From assembly GCA_002633005.1 (NCBI GenBank), contig NMRA01000142.1, positions 248,001-312,000 on the forward strand: 64,000 nt of DNA. Direction: 5' to 3'. Below the pieces are notes generated by a model. It did no database searches. It saw only the letters and a list, made by a program, of their open reading frames with translations, and was not told where the DNA came from. A program made the position numbers and the translations under genes. The DNA is from Phoronis australis. Lineage: Eukaryota > Animalia > Phoronida. Below are positions 51,539 through 62,869 of the stretch, piece by piece (the first letter of the stretch is position 1; each line of letters starts with the position of its first letter).

Positions 51539-52426
51539 GTGGCGTTAGATTTTTAGCCCTTTTCTCAGCAACAGCAATATTTTTGCATCACCGTTTTTAC
51601 TTAAGGCATGTGAAATGACCTTGATATATAGAGTTCGATAGCATTTGAAGGGCTGCATGTGGCAGTCATTTTTTCACTAACATTTGTTGATTTCTGCGAG
51701 CACTGAATGTCAAGATTTTCCGTTTCTCAGGGAAAATGGCGGGCGTTACGTCCTCGAGCAAGGAAACACTATAGTAATGTTTCTAACAACTTGGACACTT
51801 AATGTTCACATACTTGAATCTGAGAGCGTTTGAAAGGCTGCTGTTTTTTTGAGAACTTGAAAGCATGTGCCCAAATTAAGATTAACCCGTTTGATTTGCC
51901 TCCCATTTTTTATACATTTGACAGTCTACACGTCATCAGCAGTCCGAATGTACTACCGACCGAACACGCAAGACGAGTTCCAAAGCAGTGAGTGTTATAG
52001 TAACTGTTGTTACACTACTCCGTTACAGTGCGGCTTGTTGAAATTTTCAAAAAAATCTTGTGATCATAGGCCGAGGCCTGTTCGATCTCTGTACTCGAGA
52101 TTCCGACTCTGATTGACCAATTCCTGCCATGCTTCGAGTAATAGCCGTAATTGGTTAAATTTCGAGTCAAGTCTGAGATTATATCGTGGCCGACGCTTCA
52201 TATTGATAAATTTTCAATAAAAATATTTGCTTTTTATTTTCGAACCAGCGGATTAAACTTGCGAAGTGTTGTTTCAATACTTTAATCAGAGTGATAGCTG
52301 TTGTGAAGACTGGTTTTGTGAGAAAACTTGTCAATGTGAAAAACACTTCTAATCAGTTTATTTCATAATAACTGCAAACCAAAGATGTTCCATAACATTC
52401 ATTCATGAGCTTATCGAAATTGGAGT

Positions 52427-55400
52427 TCAACAATTGCTCTGATCACTTATTATAAAGTTGCTCGTCTTCACTCCAGCTTGTTCCAGATCTTTTTTCAATG
52501 TTTCCACAATGGACTCGTCCAGCGTAGATGTGCGAGACAAGATCCAGAAAAACTGCTGGTTGTTGAAACACGAGTAAACGACCGAATATGTGTCGTAATC
52601 GGTGTCCACAACCCAGTAGTCGACGGGTGGTCGGGACTCTGGAATAGAAGAATTTTGCAAAGAGTTATTAAGGATTTAACCATTTCATAGTTGTAAGTTT
52701 TGAAAGGGATATTATCGACGGTTTTCGTTGCCGCAAAACGCGTTTTGAGATTATTGTTAGATGGGATAGACTTCTCGAAGTTATTAGGTTTGGCCAGTAA
52801 AACAACAATGTATGTTGTGTTTTATAGTCTTATTGCTTCTCGCTGTTTAGTCGGTGGGCCAGATCTCATAGCGTTCATCCTTGTGAGTAGTTTGGGGGGC
52901 AACCTAGTTTTTTCCATGTGGCTAGATAATATACATATAAATCAAATTCCAAAAAGTTTCCACGTCTACACTTGCACATTTTTTTAAATGTGTTTTTGTT
53001 GCACGAAATATTATGCACATTGCTGCCACTTGGTGGCGCTTTTCTATTGAATTGATCAATCAGGAGCCAGATTGTATTGTTGTGCTTAGTTACTTCAATA
53101 TGGCTGCTTATATAAAACTGAAACAAAGTCTGTCTCATTAGATGAAATTTGTAGTGCCTTTGGAGTGTTCTTGAGTGCAAATGATTTGAGAACCGAGAAA
53201 TGAATAAATCACTGCGTTACCGGCTTTAGGTGCAATAAAACTAATTGACGGGACACCGAGGCCGTGTGAGCTCATGCTAATTTAGTGTTTTCTGGCAGAA
53301 ACTGTTTTGAAAAAACTCGATTTCCATCCCACGGCCAGGTGTTAGGGAATCTTTTCCTATTACATTACTTAAAAACTTCTGCCCTGACGGGTGCTGTGGC
53401 CAAAGCGGAACCTGAATTCGCGGCCCCTGACGAGTAAGTAGATTTGCAGTTTCGTGGCTAATTCACCAACTTAATCAGGTGCACATTACTTTGGCTCACT
53501 AGCATAGTATTTTCTTGGCTGGAAGTTTAGTTTCCACTGAACTTTGGCTGGTTTATTTTCGTGATGTCGGATCATTTTCAGAGCCACTGGCAGGGATAAC
53601 AAGGGTTTTGTGTTCAGAAATCAAAAAAATCACATGTCTAAACAATAAAGATCTAGGTTTTTCTGTCTGTATCCCACGGAAAATACTTCGAAATTATCTC
53701 CGAACAGACCCCAAACTCCTGCTAAGGACCTTATTGGCCTGCCGAACTTTTTATGCTACGGTGTGTCCAAATACCAATAAATCCGTAAGAGTGAACCAAA
53801 ACAACACGTTTTTATAAGAACTCGGTGTATTTTTAAGGGTTTTACATCGAAGTTTGATGATTTATTGGTGTTAAACGATGACTTCAAGCGATAAGCTGAC
53901 ACCAGTAACCCGTGTTGTGAACTGCTGAACAAACTGCGTGTGAAACCGATGACTTCATTGGATAATTTCAACACCTCCGTTTGCCGTCAGGTGTCACGTA
54001 ACGCAACCGTACGTGTTGTTATGGAGTAGAACTACACGATCTGAATTGATACAAATTAGGTTGTTTTTTGGGTGGCATGCTCCTTTAATTACTTAGGTAG
54101 CTTCAATGGTAATTAAATTAAAGTGCCTAAGTGACCAGCGTCCCCGTTGTAATTTGAGGACCGTGGAAGCCACTGTCCATTTCATCAAACATTGATTACC
54201 TTAATTGTAAATCGATTGACTATGGTATGAGCATCTTAATTAAAAAATTTAAATTTCAATCACTGCACTGGTATATCAGCTGATTTATTTTCAGTTGCAT
54301 CAACTAATCTAATTATTAGATGATCAACATTTTCAGGGGACTGATCTGACGGCATGTAAATTTGTTAGGCTGGTGGTGGATCAGTTCCTGATAAGTCATG
54401 CCAACTCACTCATTGTTAAATGTTAATTTAGTCTTAACAGTTCTGGGTTTATTTTCAGTTGGACTTGTATCGCAAGCAACAGCTCAGTCCAGGGCCCTAA
54501 ATATGAAAGAGAAATTCAAAGATAAGACCTTGTTTGTTAGATGCCAAGTACCACAGATCATCATGCTATAAAAAATAGAAAGACGAAGATCGTGAATAGT
54601 GATAAATACAAAAGTTTTTAGAGATGTTTTTCTATGGTTTTGTTTGGAATTCATTGAATCAAAGCTTCTAACACATGGAGATGTCATTTGCCTTCTTCAA
54701 AACTAAAGTAAGACTTTGAAGCTGTTCTTCAGAAATCTAGTGTGCATGAAGTTATTTGGACAAGCAGTCTTAAGAAACGGGTGTTGAAGCTACTCACTGT
54801 TGTAGTTTGTGCCCGACTAAGAGATACGAAAGTGAGTTGAGGCTAGTGTTCAATAATTCACTTACTGACTCTAATTAACTCAGCCCATTTAGCATATTTT
54901 GAATCAAACGTTTGCCCAAATCCTGCCCACCTCCAAACAAGGACTTAGTGTTTGACCCTTCATTGCCTGCGGGCTGATCACCAGTGTGCAGTGCTTGTAC
55001 CCTCTCTAATGGACCATAGTTGGCTCCTTGGCGGTGGAGCTTTGCAGTTAAAATGTATGGCAATGCCCACAGCTCCATTGACAATACTAAACGATGAATG
55101 CTGTAAGTGCAAAAAGAACATGTGTGCTGGGAAACTGAGTTTGTGTTGCAATGCTGGGTCAAACTGTACAGAGATGTGCAGTTGTGACAACTGTAGTAAC
55201 ATCAGCAACACCGACTGCACAACATTGGATAATTCTTTGACAAGTCAACCCTAAATTGACCTCCAACCCTGTTATTTTGTTTTTTGTATTAAAAAGTGAA
55301 TTTTATTTGTTGATTAAGTCATTGAAAGTACGTACTTTGGTCATTGTCATGTATTTGTCTCATACTGCTTGATAAACGCTGTCAGAATAATCTATTATTT

Positions 55401-58400
55401 TTACAGTCTGTGTGCATATTTACAGAGATCATTCAACTATATTGTTTTTATACTATAACGTATTCCTGGTGTGTTATGCAAACAAGCGATATTTTACACC
55501 ATTAGTCAATGGTTCAGTCATTGAGGCACAAATTTTGCCCAGTCTCATGTGTTTTGTGTTATTTTTGTTGCCAGAGAATGCCAGAATAACCTCCTAGAAA
55601 CATTCAGACTTAGTTTGCATTTCTGCCAGTAGGTGTCACTTTACGTTTTTTAAATTTCACTTTTTACAATTAGACCTCGGGCGATAATTCTCCAAAATCC
55701 ACTCGGGCTCTAGATAACGGGGGATAACGACTTCGCCATGTAATAATCTATATTTGTGATAATTATATACGACAAAAACTCAGTCGTCAAAAATCAAGAC
55801 CATGATATAATCATTTTTAATGAAATGACCGAAGTATTGATTTTTGACGACTGGGTTTTTGGTTTAAATATTTTTCCATGCACGCGATTGTACATAATAG
55901 AATACAGAGATAGAATTTTTATTAAGTTTCGTGCAAAATTTGTCACGCATATGGCAGCTGCGACTTAACTCGCCCTGAGCTAGGAAAATCGCATTTTTAA
56001 GAAAAAACCCAATCACGTGACAACAAAAAGCAGAGCATAATCTTCGTGCACATAGTAGGTTATTGTGATCATCAAGGATTTGAAAAATGTATGATTTCTT
56101 AGGTTGTTCAGTAGTATTTTTAAAGGAAATATAAAGAAATGTGACCCTTGACAGAGAAGGCACCCAGTTCATACCTTAAAGGTACAATGAACCCGCGCCT
56201 TTTATCAAGAACAATTCACGTTTTCGGCCACTTACATGCTTACAAAAATCGTTGTCGTCTTATTCCTTTCTCCCACTTGAAATAATTTCTGGGCTTGAGA
56301 GTATCTGACGGTTCACTGTTCTTAGTTTGTCACGGATGGTTAATTTCAACTATGACCTAATGTACATCTGCTGAAAGTTGTTTTTGACACTAGAATGTGG
56401 TTCATAGCCGCTTTGATCATAACGTCGGGTTATTCAACATGTTTAGCCACAAGACCAACGCGGAGCACTGAAATGCGCCCACGAAGGCCTCGCAAACGCT
56501 GTGCTTTTAGAGCTGTTTATTTGTGCAAAAACGCACAATCCATACAAAATTGAGAACATGTCATAGCTTCTTCAATAGAAAGCTATTCACCAAATTTCAC
56601 AGAAATCTGTCACAGAACTTGAGAGAAACAAAGGAAAACAGACTAAAATGAAATTGCCACCAGGGGCCACAGTGTTCATTGAATCTGCCTGAAAGTCTTC
56701 ATTGTCTGTTGTTAGCTTCATATACACATACTAAATTTTATAAAGATCCAGAAGTGGGTTTAGGAGATACAGCTTTGGGCGCAAAACAAAACAAAGCTAC
56801 CACTGGAGACGCCACAGTAGTCAAAGTCGTCATCGTAAACCATCCTCTTCAGAGAGCACATATACGCCAATTTTCTAGAATGATTTGGTTGATGAAGGGG
56901 TGGATGCCAAAAAACAAACTCGAAATTAGCCAAAAGGCCACTAGGTGGCACAAAATACCTAGATTCCATCCAAAAACGAGAGGATAGCTTCATCTCTCCA
57001 ATAGACGCCTATATTCAAAATTTTATGAAAATCCGTTAAGGACCCTTGAAGATACAGAGGTAAACGTAAAATCTAAAATTGCCACCAGGGGGCACACCAG
57101 TACTGAGATCCGCCCGAAAGTCGTCGTTGTTTGGTTGATAGACGGGTGGACGTCAAAACAGACTCGAAAGCGGTAAAAATGGCCACTAGGTGGCGCAAAC
57201 TAAATCGAATCCATATGAAAACAGAAAGATAGCGTCACCACACTAACAGAAGCTTGTACGCCAAATGTTTTGAAAAAACGCTGAGGACCTTTGAAGATAC
57301 AAAGGTTGATGTGTAAAAAAATAAAATTGCAACCAGGGGCACACCAGTAGTCAAATCCGTCCGAAAGTTGTCGTCGTCCTTAGTCAACATCACATAAATG
57401 CACTTACTAAATTTAGTAAAGATCCTGGGAGGGTTTAGGAGATACAGCCATAGGCGCAAACAAAAACAAAACTGCCAGTAGGAGGCGCAACAGTCGTCAA
57501 AATCGTCGGAAAATCATCGTCAGCCGTCCTCTTCATATTAAAGGAGAATGCCACCCAAAAACAACCTATTTTGCATCAATTTAGATCGCGTAGTTCTGCT
57601 CGACAATGGCTAGTTCAGTTTCGTTACTTGACGGCAGACGGAGATGTTGAAATTATCCAGTGACGTAATTGGTTTCACACGCAGTCTGTTCGGCAGCCGT
57701 TCAAAACACGGGTTACTGTTGTCAGCTTATCGCTTGAATTCATCGTTTAACACCAATAAATCATCAAACTTTGATGTAAAACCCTTAACAATACACCGAG
57801 TTCTTATAAAAACGTGTTGTATTATTGCGCTGTTACGGATTAACTGGTATTTGGACACACCGTAGCCTACAAAGTTCGACAGGCCAATTTGCCACTGAAG
57901 GTCCGTAGCACGTACTGAGGAGTTTGGGGTCTGTTCGGATATAAATTCGAAGTATTCTTCCGTGAAATACAGACAAGATAACCTAGATCTGTGTTGTTTT
58001 ACTTGTGATTTTAAGAGTTCTAAACACACAAAACGCTTGTTATCCCGGCCAGTGGCTCGGAACCCTATCAGGCCCGGCGTCGCGGCCGCCGGAACTGGCA
58101 CGAACATAAACCAGCTTGAGTTGGAAGCTAAACCTCCAGTCACGAAAAAATTATAATATTGAGCTAAAGAAATAATTGTGCACATAATTATTTATGTGAA
58201 TTAGCCACGAAACTGAAAATCTACTTACTCGTCGGGGGCCGCGACGTCGGGTTTCCCTTCCACAGACCGTCGGGGCAAAGGTTTTACAGTAACAATGATT
58301 TGAATAATGTATTTGTATTTCTAAATAAAGATTCCCCTTACATGTGACCACAGCATAAAATCGAGTAATTGTTTCACAACAGCTTTCTGTCGGCAAACAC

Positions 58401-61079
58401 TAAATTAGCAAGCGCTCACACGGCCTCGGTTACCGCCATTAAAAGCCGGTAACGCAGTGGTTTATTCATTGCTGGCTTCTCAAAACATTTGCACTCACGA
58501 GCACTCCAAGGCATTACAAATTGTATCTAATGAGACAGACTTTGTTTCAGTTTCATATAAGCATTGGTTAGGATGAGAATAATTCATTTTGAAACAGAAA
58601 GCAGAATAATAAACTTCTACATGGGAACTCGCCCCGCGCCAACCCCGTCTTAGTCAAGAGCTCAGGCGACGAAGACCTCACGGGTTGGATCGTTAGGTTT
58701 CACAGGGTATCAGCTCGAACATGAATACAGTGATCAAGAAATACTAGAGAGGCGTCGTGAACATGCACAGGCAACGGAACGTATGGATAGTTCTTTGGAA
58801 AGCCGGAATTCGTCAGAGAAATCACTGTCGGCGACGAAGTGCCGGCCACAGACACGGAGATGTTTCACGGCCTCATACTTGCTATTGACAGCCTAACTTT
58901 CGTTCTTCACTACCGCGAGGAGCCACTTCCTAAGCATTTCGGGCTCTCCAGGAAGTCGAAAAAAACGATATACCCGCATTCTTCGCAGCTTCATAGTTCG
59001 GACAAGCGGGAACGATGCACCACAATATAGCGGTATTCACTCTGCAGACGAACCACTGTCGTCGCTGCGTCGTTTCTCATCTTCCTTAACGCGACACCTC
59101 TCGTCAAGGTGAGTTCCACCGTATAAGAGGCGATGTGGATGTAGACCGATTAAGACGATAAAAATACTAATTAAATCGGGTGGCATTCTCCTTTAAGAAC
59201 ATACATTCCAATTTCCACAAGCATCCTTAGAGCGGTTTGGTTGATAGAGCGGTGGACGCCTAAAACAGACTCGAAAACAGTAAAAATGGCTACTAAGTGG
59301 CGCAAATTACGTCGAATCTATCCGAAAATGGGAGGATTGCGTCATATCTCACTAATAGATGCATACATGACAAATTTTATGAATAAACGCTGAAGTCCAT
59401 TGAAAATATAGAGGTAAGCGTAAAAAACTAAAATTGTAACTAGGGGGCACACCGGTTGTCGGATCCGTCCGAAACTGAAGTTCGTTCATGCCGTCCCATA
59501 TATAAAAGGAACACATGTGCAAAATTTCATGAACATACGACAAACGATTTTGGAGATAGAGCAGCAGACGTCGGACGCCGCCCTGACGGACGGAGATGAC
59601 GGCATAATGCCTCCACATATCACCATGTGGGAGCACAGAAAAGGCTTTGACATACCTGAAAAACTTAAGGCCATCTTTGCAGGCACTGCAGGATCTGGTA
59701 CATTGGCTTTAGAACTCTTTTTCAATAATTTACCAGTGCTGGAAAGAATCTCAAAGGCTGTATCACAAGTCACATGCAAACTTAGGGGAGGGTGGCCAGG
59801 GTCTGTCCTCTTCCGGCACGACCAAAAGTCACTGGCACACCGTTTGTAAGGCCGGGTGAATACTCACTAAAATTTTTTCCTTCAAAATAACGTACCGTGG
59901 TTTCTCCCCAGCGACATCATAGAACAGCAATGGAAACACTTACAACGATCAAGAACATTGAATAATAAAAATTATTCACGCATTTACGGAGACTCGGCAG
60001 TTCACCAGAAAGTTGAAATGGTGTGTAGTTGACCCAGACCCTTTAGCAGACAAACACAGATACTGTTAACATGCAACGGTGGCAAAAAACACATTTTCGG
60101 ACAGCTTGATACCCTTTAAGTTACAGATGTCACGGAAAGTTAGTACGTTAGCTAAAAGATAACTTTGAAACTATTGATTTTGGTGGTATGAGACATCGCA
60201 AATAAGCGGTCTCGATGTATTGTCGAATTATTCAGAATGTAACACGAGTTTTGGTGACTGCAACCCGTGAACATTGTTCAGTTTTTGTCAGACATCTAAT
60301 TCGTCTAAGCTTAAAACAGATTCCGCGGGGAAGGTGATGCTGATATATATGCGAGAGAAAAATTGTGTTAATTAGAGAGAGCAAAATGTGTTACGGGAAG
60401 GGGAATATGCGTCCGTGAGAGGAATAGCGTGCACCAGAGAGCTTTGTGCGCGGGCAGGCCGAGCAACGTCAAGATGATCTGTACTATAGCGAGAAAGTTT
60501 CCACTGAAATTCAATTTAAGATGCTCGTTCACAGTATTTCATGAATTAAGGATTAAGGTGAATGGATTTTTAGCGCTAAATAAAGTGCTATATACCTGAT
60601 TGTGATTCCTTTTTTAAGCACGTTAATGCTGCCATCTGGAGCCGCAGTGAACGAGGCGTGGATGCATTTCAGTCCTCTTGCGAAGACGACGGCGGAACGT
60701 TGGATTTCATACCAGTCACCGACATACTGTAAGAGCATTAATTATCAAGTCAATTAAGAAGAAATGACGTAACATAAATCAATTTCCATCTGTAGGCAGG
60801 TGTAGATAATAAATTATGTTACTGAAAACGCTGCGTTTAGAACTGTTAAAAATGGATCTGTAAATTGGCGTTTCAAGGTCTCGGTGCTTTCTTGTTTTCT
60901 CTGAGAAAGGTTTAGAATAAAACACTGGTGAGGAAAGAGCTTTCCCAGTGAGTTCAACATCACATTTTTACCCGTGAAACGTTGAGTGATGGCTTGACAG
61001 CGATGTCTCGACATCCCTTGTGAACACTTAGCCCACTGACGACGACTAATGAACACACTGCAATGACGGCTTGAAACAT
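52427..61079 (-). CDS. APOD: Apolipoprotein D-like secreted lipocalin, paralog 2 (177 aa, 4 exons)
   Basis: Exons 61079-60972, 60726-60596, 59738-59656, 52638-52427 are GT-AG, in frame, with the same intron phases as paralog 1. The product reads MFQAVIAVCSLVVVSG...YVGDWYEI...YWVVDTDYDTYS...WILSR...SDQSNC. A TATA-like TTTATAA lies at ~61126-61132. Confidence 0.92.
53105..54084 (-). mobile_element. Truncated inverted copy of the TTAA-targeting element at 57542-59192
   Basis: Reverse-complement homology to ~57542-58562. Ends GGGTGGCATGCTCCT|TTAA. Confidence 0.85.
54720..55254 (+). pseudogene. Degenerate DNA-transposon protein C-terminus with a Cys-rich zinc finger (Academ/XPG-type)
   Basis: LTLHCLRADHQ...HSW...PTAP...CKCKKNMC...CCNAGSNCTEMCSCDNCSN fits the LHxxRAxYQ...GW...CxCK..C..C.C...CT..CxC..CxN pattern of Academ-type transposases. 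Upstream frame is broken. Confidence 0.6.
56449..59640. mobile_element. Helentron/HINE-like non-autonomous element with ~145-bp tandem monomers, interrupted by a TTAA element
   Basis: Absent at the paralogous site (40450-40465, GTTTAACAATAAAAGGCTTTG). Starts ACAAGA, monomers share (C/T)AAATTT, a GACGGACGG tract lies near the right end, and a terminal hairpin CTCCACAT-N6-ATGTGG sits at ~59610-59634. Inserted at an A/T-rich site with no TSD. Confidence 0.7.
57542..59192 (+). mobile_element. Kolobok-like non-autonomous DNA transposon (TTAA TSD)
   Basis: TTAA|AGGAGAATGCCACCC ... GGGTGGCATTCTCCT|TTAA (perfect 15-bp TIR). An internal relic GYQLEHEYSDQEILERR (~58705-58755) resembles the YxFEPEY motif of Kolobok accessory ORFs. 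Confidence 0.85.
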
Positions 61080-61676
61080 GACGACGGTGAATATCGAACT
61101 GACCATCCGACGACAGGCGTTCACCTTATAAAAGGTCTGTTCTTGCGTAAATTAGTTTTCAATCGACACACGTGACATTTAGCAATAGACTGCAAAACTT
61201 ATGCTGGTATAGTGAGTATTATTTGATTTCTCGCTGCGACACACCGTTCTCGAGTTATGCGTGGTTTTCTGATTTGAGGACTGTCTTTTATTAATAGTTG
61301 AAATCCATCAAATGGATGGGAAGATTCAGTGTTGTTGTATTCAAATCGTCAAAAGGTACATTAGTTGCATTTATTTTGATTACATTTTAAAATTGATTTC
61401 TTTGCCAGCACTTAATCACGAATTGCCACTTTACCATGTTGCTTGTTGATACATGTAAGTGTCGCAGCCCTTATTTTTAAGCGTTTCATAATGAACAATT
61501 AAATCGTGCTTATTCCAGATCTCACATGAGCGAAGTTCAAATATGCACATAACTGTTACTAAAATAATTTCTATACATTATTTCTTGACAGTGATGCTCT
61601 CGAAATTAGTTGGCTAAATCTTTTTTTCAGCAAAAATGAAGTAGGAATGTATCAAGTCCAAATCTACATATATACG

Positions 61677-61792
61677 TACATACATACATACATACATACA
61701 TACATACATACATACATACATTCATACATACATTTATACATACATACATACATACATACATACATACATACATACATTTATACATACATACA
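61677..61792. repeat. (TACA)n microsatellite
   Basis: Directly visible. Confidence 0.95.
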
Positions 61793-62485
61793 CATAGGCG
61801 GATTTAGGGGGGGCCCAGGGGGCCCGGCCCCCCCCCCCCTTGNGGCTGCCCCCAAAAAAATAAAACAGTAAGAGGGAAATGGTGAGTTTATTAATTAACC
61901 CCGGTAATTAAAATTATACGGATGAAAAAAGATTTAAATGTGTGCAGTTTTAGTGTTTGGGGGTGGGCTCAAATCCAATTTCAAGTGTCAAATTCGGGAC
62001 ACGGCGCGTTCGTAACGGAACTATGGCTAAGTATAGAATCTCCCGCGATATCCTAGGCGACCGGCAGCGGCGCTGTGCACTACGACTCCGTTTCCGTCGT
62101 CTGCTCCACTGTGCAATCCCGTCATTATTGCCAACACGAAAAATGGATTTGGTCTTTTGGGCATTTGAAGACTATTTCAAATACGACAAATTTGTTAAGA
62201 GTTGATGGCACAAAATATAAAATGTGTAATAAGCTTTACAAAAAGAAGTAGGTTACGCGCGCAAACGCTGTGGCCCATAAACAAGCAAGTCTTTTAGTAT
62301 GGGAGTTCTTGGATAATACTTCAGGAATCAAGGAAAATGCTTAATTTTTAGAGGTAAAAACAGAAAAATTTCCTCCCCCCATTCGGTGCTATGCGCATCT
62401 ACAATCGTGGTTCAGTTTGCGCAAATGCTTCCAGGCGGACAAAATGTTGCCCCCCCCCCCTTGTGATATCCTGGATCCGCCACTG
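61793..62485. mobile_element. MITE, CAGTGGCGGATC family, long copy in reverse orientation
   Basis: CATAGGCGGATTTAGG ... CCTGGATCCGCCACTG. The right end is the reverse complement of the left ends at 19080 and 48383. Confidence 0.75.
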
Positions 62486-62727
62486 TGGTAATTACAGTAC
62501 CATTTGAGAGTGCGAAGCGTGGCAGTAAAATCAACCGAGGGCAGATTCCCCTGGTGGCATTGTCTAGTTTGAGTTTGACATGCTGCTCAAACGTTTCCCA
62601 GTAATTCTCAATTTTCTTTGGTACAGCTGGTGTTAATTCGTAACTGTGAAAGTGTTCAGGTCCTCTAGTGTACTACACGTTTAAAATTCTCCGTCAAGGA
62701 GTTTATGCGACCTTTGAACACTATTAC

Positions 62728-62869
62728 NNNNNNNNNNNNNNNNNNNNNNNNNNNNNNNNNNNNNNNNNNNNNNNNNNNNNNNNNNNNNNNNNNNNNNNNN
62801 NNNNNNNNNNNNNNNNNNNNNNNNNNNNNNNNNNNNNNNNNNNNNNNNNNNNNNNNNNNNNNNNNNNNN
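62728..62869. other. Assembly gap (N run)
   Basis: Run of N. Confidence 1.

Noticed and set aside
53756-57865. Duplicated 72-73 aa ORF (MLKLS...YLDTP) as a small gene family
   Set aside because: Both copies lie in the same transposon family, so shared sequence explains the shared ORF; no recognisable domain.
61647-61871. YIHT-repeat protein
   Set aside because: Translation of the (TACA)n microsatellite.
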